From: Candidatus Woesearchaeota archaeon
GTDB lineage: Archaea > Nanobdellota > Nanobdellia > Woesearchaeales > WJKV01
Length of the DNA stretch: 56,853 bases
Reading direction: 5' to 3'
Assembly (NCBI GenBank): GCA_019323495.1
Contig: JAHWHE010000060.1
Span: forward strand, 1 to 56,853
The notes below the pieces were generated by a model. The model saw only the letters and a program-made list of their open reading frames with translations, did no database searches and was not told where the DNA came from. The first letter of the stretch is position 1, and the number at the start of each line of letters is the position of its first letter. Shown here one piece after another: positions 50,014 through 56,853 of this stretch. Made by a program: the position numbers and the translations under genes.

Positions 50014-50928
50014 ATGAAAAGAAAGGTGGTTAAGCAGGGAGCTGCGACTCTGACTGTTTCTTTGCCTACTCCGTGGACCAAAAAATACAATATCAAGCCG
50101 GGCGATGAGATAGAAGTTGAGGTCCAGGACAAAGCAATAATCATAACAAACGATAAGCAAGTAACAATAGAAACAAAACAGATAGACATTTCCAAACTGC
50201 ATCCTTTAATCAACAGAACAATACTCAGATCTTATCAGCAGGGTTACGATGAATTGAAATTAGTTTTTGACAAGCCAGAATTGATACAAAATGCTCAAAG
50301 GGTTGTAAACGAACTGATAGGTTTTGAATCTGTGGAGCAGGGAAAGAATTACTGCGTTCTAAGAGACATCTCAGGAAGCTCTGCAGAAGAATTTGAAAAC
50401 ATCTACAGGAGAATCTTTCTTCTGCTGAAAAGCATGGCAAATGACAGCTTTGACTGGTTCAAAGAAGAAAACCACGATAATCTTAAGAACACTGCGTACA
50501 GGGACATCGATGTGAACAAGTTCTGCAATTTTTGTTTAAGGCATCTGAATAAGAAAGGCTATAAGGATTATACAAAAACATCTACCATCTTCTACATCAT
50601 ACAAAGACTGGAAGAAGTCGGCGACGGTTACAAAGAATTAATCAACTACATCAGCGAACAAAAGATAAAACCAAGCAAAGAACTTTTAGACATCTATCAG
50701 AAAACATCGCAGCTGCTGAATCTATGCTATGAATTCAGTTTCCAGCACAAGAGGGTAAAAGCATTGGAGATCTCAAACATTTATGATAATATTAAACAAG
50801 ACATAAAAGCACAGTTAAAAAGTCCAGAATCGCACAATAAGACTTACTGCTTGAGCGCGATCAAATCCTTAGTAGACAAGATCATCCTGATACAAGGAAG
50901 CCAATTGGCTTTCATAGAAGACATATAA
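50014..50928 (+). CDS. AbrB/SpoVT-domain plus PhoU-like domain regulator
   Basis: N-terminal KQGAATLTVSLPTPWTKKYNIKPGDEIEVEVQDKAIIIT (SpoVT/AbrB), then a helical PhoU-like repeat region. Confidence 0.8.
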   Translation: MKRKVVKQGAATLTVSLPTPWTKKYNIKPGDEIEVEVQDKAIIITNDKQVTIETKQIDISKLHPLINRTILRSYQQGYDELKLVFDKPELIQNAQRVVNELIGFESVEQGKNYCVLRDISGSSAEEFENIYRRIFLLLKSMANDSFDWFKEENHDNLKNTAYRDIDVNKFCNFCLRHLNKKGYKDYTKTSTIFYIIQRLEEVGDGYKELINYISEQKIKPSKELLDIYQKTSQLLNLCYEFSFQHKRVKALEISNIYDNIKQDIKAQLKSPESHNKTYCLSAIKSLVDKIILIQGSQLAFIEDI

Positions 50929-50936
50929 TAAATAAA

Positions 50937-51965
50937 CTAGATCTCGTTCTCCAATCTTTTCAAGAACTCAGGAAAATCATCTACAGCTATGCAAGCACCG
51001 CAAGTAGTAGGATGCCCGCCACCATAGCCTTTCAGTCCAACTAAAATCTTTTCCAGGATAGGAGGTAAAGACTTCTGGTCATAACGCAGGCTCATCTTGA
51101 TCTCACCGCTCTTCTCCCTGCCAACTATCACCAGTTTTTTTGGATACTTGTAGGCAAGCTCGTTTGCAAGGTCTTTTGTAACAGAAATCTTTCCGCTCTT
51201 GTATATGAAAACATACAATTTTCCAGCAGGCTTGACATTATCAGCCTCTTTCAGAATCTCATCGTAAGCCTCTCTTATTTTCTTGTAGTGTTTTAGTATA
51301 TAGCTTGCACGCGAACTTTCCCCTTTCAATAATTCAGTAGGTTGATCAACCCTGGTCAATATCTTGATGCAGTTCATAACTTTGGATGTTGGCCCTTTCA
51401 ATAGCAATGAAAAAATATCATTCAATTTTCCCAAAGGAGTTCCGTATTTGATTTTCTCTAAGTTTCCAAAAGGCTTCTTCAGAAGATAGGGATATTTTTC
51501 TATCAATTGGTCTATGAAAGGGGGCAGGAAATTATCGCCGACACAACCCACTGCCGCAATCCACATGTCCTGGTCCACCACCCTATAGCACCAGTAAGCC
51601 ACAGGGCTGTACTCGTCTGGATCTTGGACTCTCGGGTTAAAATACTTTATTCTTTTCCCGACATCTTTTACATCGTGATGGTCTATCCATACTATGGGCA
51701 CTTTGACATTATCATAAAAGCTATCTTCGATCTCTGCAATATCTAGAACAAATACTTTGTCAGCCCCAAATTCGTTTACTTTCTGTGCAAAAAACAAATT
51801 CAGCCTGGGAGCTGCTTTGATAGGAACACCCCTGCCTTCTCTCTTGTACCTATACAGTAAAAGAAACGAGGCCAGGCCATCAGGATCATCATGAAAAAGA
51901 AAAATAGGTTTCTTGCAATTATCAAGCTCTTCTTTTATTTGCTGCAGTTGTTTATCAGGTATCAT
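50937..51965 (-). CDS. DHH/DHHA1-family phosphoesterase (NrnA/RecJ-like)
   Basis: FHDDPDGLAS, VFVLD, VWIDHHD, GGGHPTTCG. Confidence 0.85.
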   Translation of the reverse strand: MIPDKQLQQIKEELDNCKKPIFLFHDDPDGLASFLLLYRYKREGRGVPIKAAPRLNLFFAQKVNEFGADKVFVLDIAEIEDSFYDNVKVPIVWIDHHDVKDVGKRIKYFNPRVQDPDEYSPVAYWCYRVVDQDMWIAAVGCVGDNFLPPFIDQLIEKYPYLLKKPFGNLEKIKYGTPLGKLNDIFSLLLKGPTSKVMNCIKILTRVDQPTELLKGESSRASYILKHYKKIREAYDEILKEADNVKPAGKLYVFIYKSGKISVTKDLANELAYKYPKKLVIVGREKSGEIKMSLRYDQKSLPPILEKILVGLKGYGGGHPTTCGACIAVDDFPEFLKRLENEI

Positions 51966-52087
51966 TTATCTCAGCTCACATCTATATAAAAAAATATAAC
52001 AATTAATTGCTAATTTGAAAAAAGAGGACATATATAAAGGTTGGTTATTCCGAAGGATTTATATACCAAAACTCCCTTTTTTCAGGC

Positions 52088-52588
52088 ATGGAAGAAGAAA
52101 CAGTATTCAATGTCAAGATCAGCAAAAGGGGCGTTTTTGACATGGACAAGCTATACAGCGCAGTGATGAAATGGTACAAAGCTCACGATTTCAAGGCAGC
52201 AGAAACAAAGCATAAGGACAAGCCTGACGCCTATGGAGGCAGGGTATTGTATCATGAATGGGCAGGCGATGTCAAGGCCACACCATACGTGAGATATTTT
52301 ACAGATGTCATATTTGATGTCAGGGAAGCAACCCCTGTTGAGGTCAAGAAAGAAGACAAGAAGCTGAAAAAGACAAGGGCAAGAATCAGCATAACAATAC
52401 ATTCAAGGACAGTTGCAGACTGGAGAAAAGTTTTTGAAAAGGGCCCGTTCATGAAGCGATTTGAGAAATTAGTCAACAAATATTTAAGAAAAAGAGACAT
52501 CACCAGCCTTCAAGGACAGTTGATTGCCTGGAGCAGCGAACTGCACAGCACATTGAAAAAACAATTGGAAATGGAAACTGCAGGTTAA
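52088..52588 (+). CDS. hypothetical protein (166 aa), tandem paralog 1
   Basis: Same length and collinear weak similarity to the next gene (KIS..G.F....LY......W; YV.(Y/F)F; I.I...). Confidence 0.6.
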   Translation: MEEETVFNVKISKRGVFDMDKLYSAVMKWYKAHDFKAAETKHKDKPDAYGGRVLYHEWAGDVKATPYVRYFTDVIFDVREATPVEVKKEDKKLKKTRARISITIHSRTVADWRKVFEKGPFMKRFEKLVNKYLRKRDITSLQGQLIAWSSELHSTLKKQLEMETAG

Positions 52589-52599
52589 ATAAAAACAAA

Positions 52600-53103
52600 A
52601 TGGGAGAAAAACTAGCCGTCATTGAAAAGAAGATCAGCTATTCAGGACTATTCAATGCTAGAGACTTGTACAATGTTTTTGTCAGCTGGATTAGCGAAAA
52701 AGACTGGGACTTGATAGAACCTACGCACAGAGAAACTGTTTCAGAGACAGGCAAGGAAATAGTCTTTATATTTGAGCCCGAAAAAAAGATGAGCGACTAT
52801 GTCAAGTTCTTTGGTTATTTTGAAATAGTATTATCAGGTGTAGAAGATGTTGTGATAAAAAGAGGCGAAAAAGAAATTCCATTGAACAAGGGCAATGTAG
52901 ATATTGCAATAAAAGGAATTATCAAGACCGATTACGAAGGCATGTGGGTCAGTTCTCCTATGCACACTGTGATGAAAGCATTCTATGAAAAATTCATCAA
53001 AGCAAGCGAGATCAAGGATTTCAAGAAAGAATTGACAGCGGACATAGAACATCTTAACAATCAAATTAAGAGCCATCTGAACTTGTTCCAGTACACAAAA
53101 TAA
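52600..53103 (+). CDS. hypothetical protein (167 aa), tandem paralog 2
   Basis: See the previous feature. Separated from it by an 11-nt spacer. Confidence 0.6.
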   Translation: MGEKLAVIEKKISYSGLFNARDLYNVFVSWISEKDWDLIEPTHRETVSETGKEIVFIFEPEKKMSDYVKFFGYFEIVLSGVEDVVIKRGEKEIPLNKGNVDIAIKGIIKTDYEGMWVSSPMHTVMKAFYEKFIKASEIKDFKKELTADIEHLNNQIKSHLNLFQYTK

Positions 53104-53161
53104 TCTGCAAAACGTTTATAAAGACTTCCTTTTTCTGGTATACAATACAAACATCGATTTT

Positions 53162-53283
53162 GCGGGGGTAGCAAAGTCTGGAAAATGCGCAGGACTTAAG
53201 CCCTCAATGGGATACTTACAGTTCCTGAAAGTAAGAAATCCTGTCCCTTAGTGGGTCCGTGGGTTCAAATCCCACCCCCCGCA
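53162..53283 (+). tRNA. tRNA-Leu (anticodon UAA) with a 37-nt canonical 37/38 intron (53201-53237)
   Basis: GCGGGGG-TA-GCA...TGC-G-CAGGA-CTTAAG[intron]A-TCCTG, a long variable arm (TCCCTTAGTGGGTCC), GTGGG-TTCAAAT-CCCAC-CCCCCGC-A. Exon CUUA pairs with intron UAAG, giving the 4-bp central BHB helix with 3-nt bulges at both junctions. Confidence 0.85.
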
Positions 53284-53293
53284 TTTACAATTT

Positions 53294-53367
53294 GCCCCTG
53301 TGGCTTAGCCTGGTATAGCACGGCCTTGGTAAGGCCGGGATCGAGGGTTCAAATCCCTCCAGGGGCT
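53294..53367 (+). tRNA. tRNA-Thr (anticodon GGU)
   Basis: GCCCCTG-TG-GCTT-AGCCTGGTA-TAGC-A-CGGCC-TTGGTAA-GGCCG-GGATC-GAGGG-TTCAAAT-CCCTC-CAGGGGC-T. Confidence 0.9.
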
Positions 53368-53375
53368 TTTTCACA

Positions 53376-54152
53376 ATGTCACTAAAAGAACTTGCGCCAA
53401 CATATCACACACGATTGACTGAAGTCGCAAAAGAAATAAACAATCCAGACAAACTGCTTAATGCCGGTTGTGGAGACGGTTTATTCGACTATTTCTTGAA
53501 AAAGAAAGCGAAAAATTTAGTATCATTCGACATAAATGAAGGCGACATACAAATAGCAAAGGCATTAAATCCTGACAAGAAAATTACATACTATATTGGG
53601 ACTGCAGAGAAAGTTCCATACAACTCGGACACTTTCGATTGCATTATCTGTGTGGATGTTCTTGAACACATAAAAGAAGACATGCGTGCAATCAAGGAAT
53701 TAGTGCGGGTTTTGAAAAAGAAAGGAAAACTGATAATTACAGTGCCTTCTAAGAATTTCCCCCTCACTTATGATCCAATAAACTATGTTCTCAACAGAAT
53801 GGGCACGAAATTAAGAATAGGCATATGGGGCTGGGGTCATGAACGTCTTTACACCCCAAAAGAATTAGCCAATAAAGTAAATCTTAAGATTGTGAAAACA
53901 AAATATCTTTCGCATCCGATTATAGGTATAGTTGAAAACAGCTATGTTAACAGCTTATTGCAGAGATTCACTAAAAACGATCCAAAAAACCAGGCCAAAA
54001 TTAATAAAAATATAGACAAAATAAAAAAATCAGTCAAGTACAAGCCCCCTAAAATTCTAATAAAGATAAGGGATTTATTCATCAAATTAGACAACAAAAT
54101 TTATGCAAGATCAAAAAAAAGTATAGGAATATTGCTAGTATTTGAAAAATAA
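53376..54152 (+). CDS. class I SAM-dependent methyltransferase
   Basis: Motif I LLNAGCGDGLFD and post-I/II CVDVLEHI. The start codon is only 8 nt after the tRNA-Thr 3' end. Confidence 0.85.
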   Translation: MSLKELAPTYHTRLTEVAKEINNPDKLLNAGCGDGLFDYFLKKKAKNLVSFDINEGDIQIAKALNPDKKITYYIGTAEKVPYNSDTFDCIICVDVLEHIKEDMRAIKELVRVLKKKGKLIITVPSKNFPLTYDPINYVLNRMGTKLRIGIWGWGHERLYTPKELANKVNLKIVKTKYLSHPIIGIVENSYVNSLLQRFTKNDPKNQAKINKNIDKIKKSVKYKPPKILIKIRDLFIKLDNKIYARSKKSIGILLVFEK

Positions 54153-54209
54153 ATAAAAAATAAAATTCAAGAAAAATAAATCAAAAAATAATCAGAACAA
54201 ATTATGAAT

Positions 54210-54428
54210 TTATTCTCTTTCTATCTCGCTTCCCTTTTGAAGCAACTGGACATTCTGAGCTTGTTTTCCTCGCTCAGTCTCAACAGCGTCAAAAGATACA
54301 CGGTCTCCGTCACGCAAAAATGTACCTTCAGCGATTGCTGAGCTGTGTACAAAGTAGTCGCTTCCATCTTCGCCTTGGATAAAACCATATCCTTTGGTTC
54401 TGTTGAACCATTTTACTGTTCCTTCCAT
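54210..54428 (-). CDS. cspA: cold-shock domain protein (CspA family)
   Basis: GTVKWFNRTKGYGFIQGEDGSDYFVHSSAI contains the RNP1 (KGYGFI) and RNP2 (YFVHS) motifs. Confidence 0.9.
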   Translation of the reverse strand: MEGTVKWFNRTKGYGFIQGEDGSDYFVHSSAIAEGTFLRDGDRVSFDAVETERGKQAQNVQLLQKGSEIERE

Positions 54429-54533
54429 TTTAACTTATCCTCCTATTACTTGCTCAAGAAAAATCCTAAGAAATCCTTGAACTTCAGGCAGATAAAATCT
54501 CTCTTCTTTTAAAGCTTTTGGTCAAAATTAAAT

Positions 54534-55202
54534 CTAATAGAACTCAAGTTTGCCGTCCAGATAAGTCCCGCTATAGAGCTTGACAGGCCTCCAGTTGTCA
54601 ATGACCAATTCTGCTCCTAGCCATTCTGCAAGAAGGTCCGGATTCCCGATAGTTGCGCTCAAGGCAATCAGCTGATACGAAGGCAGCAAGTTCCGCAGCA
54701 TTGTAATCAATATTTCCACAGTAGGGCCTCTGCCAGGATCGTTTATCAGGTGTGTTTCATCAACAATTATCGTAAATATCTCCTTTATCCATTCTGCTTT
54801 GTGCCTGATCAAGCTGTCGAGCTTTTCAGCGGTCACAATGATCAAATCATTCCTGCCAAGATAGCTGTCCTTGCTGTCAAGATCGCCTATTGCCAATCCT
54901 ATCCGCAAAAATGGAAAGTCTTTTTTGAAATCCTTATACTTTTCATTTGCCAAAGCCTTCAAAGGAACTATGTAGACTGCTTTTCCCTTGCCGTCCAAAA
55001 CATTCTTGACACAGGCCAATTCTGCAATCAAAGTCTTGCCGCTTGCAGTGGGGGTACAAACCACCAAATTACAACAATCGAACAAACCAGCAATTATAGC
55101 TTTCTCCTGGCAAGGTCTCAACTCCTGTATATTTCTGCAAGACAAAACATCAAATAATTGAGAAGGAATCTTTTCTTTTATATCAGATAATTTCATAATC
55201 AA
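54534..55202 (-). CDS. Hel308/Ski2-like helicase, N-terminal RecA1 domain only (truncated or split gene)
   Basis: Motif I TPTASGKT, Ia YIVPLKALA, II DETH, III LSAT. The ORF stops at ...WRPVKLYSGTYLDGKLEFY*, where full-length Hel308 continues into RecA2. Only 105 nt of non-coding DNA follow. Confidence 0.7.
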   Translation of the reverse strand: MIMKLSDIKEKIPSQLFDVLSCRNIQELRPCQEKAIIAGLFDCCNLVVCTPTASGKTLIAELACVKNVLDGKGKAVYIVPLKALANEKYKDFKKDFPFLRIGLAIGDLDSKDSYLGRNDLIIVTAEKLDSLIRHKAEWIKEIFTIIVDETHLINDPGRGPTVEILITMLRNLLPSYQLIALSATIGNPDLLAEWLGAELVIDNWRPVKLYSGTYLDGKLEFY

Positions 55203-55210
55203 GAATAAAT

Positions 55211-55528
55211 CTATTCAAAAACTATTTTTTTAGCCCTTATGCCTCCGCTCTGGACATGGCTTTTCCTGCATACACCGCACAAGTATCGCAGATCTGTTTT
55301 CTTGCTTCTTTTTTTGTTCCATCTCTTCCACTTGGTCATCGCGCCCTTGCTGGTTTTTCCTTTGTTACCAAAACCTCTATCGTCGCCTCTCTTTCTCATC
55401 CTCATTCTTGAGCCCCTTGTCATAGGATGGGTTTTATTCTTGCCCCTATTCTTTTCCTGCTTTATTTTATGCTTGGTATGCTTCTTGCAGTATGGGCATA
55501 ATCTTTTGACTTCTTTTGGTATCTTCAT
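55211..55528 (-). CDS. rpl44e: 50S ribosomal protein L44e (eL42)
   Basis: CPYCKKHTKHKI ... LRYLCGVCRK zinc ribbon in a very basic 105-aa protein. Confidence 0.9.
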   Translation of the reverse strand: MKIPKEVKRLCPYCKKHTKHKIKQEKNRGKNKTHPMTRGSRMRMRKRGDDRGFGNKGKTSKGAMTKWKRWNKKRSKKTDLRYLCGVCRKSHVQSGGIRAKKIVFE

Positions 55529-56166
55529 TTTACAACCATTGCTCTATTATTTTTAACCATCAATTGTGCGATTTCGTCTGGCAGATCAACGACCTGGTCC
55601 TGCGAATATGGCCCGTATCTTTCCATGTTAGGCCCCATGAACACAGGCACATCCTCGATAAACTTTATTTGTACTGAATCTGCCTCGTCTTCATCTTGTA
55701 GTTCAGATGGGATTTTTAAAGGTTTGGGTTTTTCATCCCCTATTTCAGGCAGATTCTCCTGCAGGATCCTGTTTATTAAGTTTTTCCTGAACTTGTTCAA
55801 GACATCCAGAACAGCGTCATAAAGCTGTTTCTCTGACTCAAGCAGATTAGTTGTATTTGCAATCTGGTTATTGGTCCTGGACACATCCCGGGCAAGAAGG
55901 ATTATCTTCTTTTCTCTCCATTCATAGATGTCTTTTAGCAGCTTGTGCGCATTGTCTATCTGCTGGACTACTTTTCTTTTCTCTTCAAATCCGAACAGCC
56001 CTTGATCGTTTTTTTTGTTTTCCAGGAGTTCTTGTTTTTCCTTAAGGTAAGCTATCACATTAGCTAAGAAGTTCTCGTCCAGTTCTTGCAGCTCACCACT
56101 GTTCTTCTCTCTACGAAGTACATCGTATAAAGTATCATAAGTAATTTTAATTTCAGTATCAGTCAT
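55525..56166 (-). CDS. probable GINS subunit (Gins51/Gins15-like)
   Basis: N-terminal YDTLYDVLRREKNSGELQELDENFLANVIAYLKE and C-terminal ...GPNMERYGPYSQDQVVDLPDEIAQLMVKNNRAMVV resemble the archaeal GINS A and B domains. The call rests on pattern only. Confidence 0.5.
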   Translation of the reverse strand: MTDTEIKITYDTLYDVLRREKNSGELQELDENFLANVIAYLKEKQELLENKKNDQGLFGFEEKRKVVQQIDNAHKLLKDIYEWREKKIILLARDVSRTNNQIANTTNLLESEKQLYDAVLDVLNKFRKNLINRILQENLPEIGDEKPKPLKIPSELQDEDEADSVQIKFIEDVPVFMGPNMERYGPYSQDQVVDLPDEIAQLMVKNNRAMVVK

Positions 56167-56229
56167 CTTCCCCCAAAAAGCCTGAATTTACTCTAGTTTT
56201 TATACTTTTCTACTATAATTATCTTACTA

Positions 56230-56853
56230 TTATACGCCTGCAAAGACATTGTGCTTGTCCCTGACCAGTTTGACCTTAAATCTCTTCTTGTCAAAATTAG
56301 GCACACTAATCAGCCTGCCATCAGAAACACCGATTCCAGGGTACCTTGCTTCAACCACGACTGCCTGCCCTTTCCTGAAAGGCTTTGCCAAGGTCTTCTG
56401 TTTTTCTATCTTTATACCAGTATCAGGATCTAGAAGCTTTATCTTGTGCCTTTTTTCCAGCTCTTTCAATCGATCCTCAAACTCAATAAAATCAAGCTCT
56501 TTTGCAGGCTTCCTTCCCCCTGCATATGACAGAAAATTCTGGATGCCTACAAAAGCCCCGATTTCTTTTGCGAATTCAATTATCCTGCCAATCTCCTGCT
56601 CATTGATTCCCTGCAGATAGATAGGAGCTATAACCAGATCAAGGCCTTTCTGCCTAATATAGCGCGCCATTTGCATCACATGCTCAACATCATAACCATT
56701 TTCATCACTGGCTCCTGCAATCCTTGACGCCAATTTCTTCTCTATCGCATTCAAAGAAAGATTGAACCTGGTCAAGCCAGCGCATACCAAAGCATCAACC
56801 AATTCCTTTGTCAGCAAAGTGCCGTTCGTATTAATCGAAATGTTCTTCACGAT
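56230..56853 (-). CDS. radical-SAM-family protein, C-terminal part (the N-terminus lies beyond the window end)
   Basis: NTNGTLLTKELVDALVCAGLTRFNLSLNA... is typical of the radical SAM TIM-barrel body. The ORF is open to the window edge. Confidence 0.65.
   Translation of the reverse strand: MVKNISINTNGTLLTKELVDALVCAGLTRFNLSLNAIEKKLASRIAGASDENGYDVEHVMQMARYIRQKGLDLVIAPIYLQGINEQEIGRIIEFAKEIGAFVGIQNFLSYAGGRKPAKELDFIEFEDRLKELEKRHKIKLLDPDTGIKIEKQKTLAKPFRKGQAVVVEARYPGIGVSDGRLISVPNFDKKRFKVKLVRDKHNVFAGV

Overview
AT-rich, tightly packed archaeal chromosome segment, mostly coding, with several 1-12 nt gene overlaps. All coordinates, folds and identity estimates were worked out by hand from the sequence; no search or folding tool was run. 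The gene content fits a small-genome, DPANN-like archaeon, which is an inference. Core genes: the canonical cluster tRNA-Asp/tRNA-Lys, rpoH, rpoB'', rpoB', rpoA', rpoA'', L30e, NusA, S12, S7 on the minus strand; S19e-L39e-L31e; S15; L44e; RNase P Rpp21; SepF; ZPR1; a GINS-like protein; Lhr helicase; class II RNR preceded by NrdR; enolase plus bacterial-type iPGM; a cold-shock protein; a Hanks kinase; and several small regulators. There are six tRNA genes, and three carry introns. Leu and Tyr have theirs at the canonical 37/38 position, while Asp has an apparent 42-nt intron inside the T-loop. Most unusual items: (1) a ~91-97 nt intergenic repeat family bounded by inverted repeats, with 3 full copies and 1 solo end, and no transposase in the window; (2) a surface module pairing a 704-aa protein (signal peptide, polyproline spacer, beta-barrel-like domain) with an 1824-aa sequon-rich, C-terminally anchored giant adhesin; (3) an ADP-ribosylglycohydrolase-PHP fusion; (4) an Lhr helicase next to an MPE-like phosphoesterase and a PHP protein; (5) two apparent half-genes, a Hel308 N-terminal half and an RqcH C-terminal half; (6) tandem NrdR-box-like sites in front of an archaeal nrdR-nrdJ operon; (7) a tandem GILT-like lipoprotein. 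I saw no CRISPR array, rRNA, integrase, transposase or reverse transcriptase.
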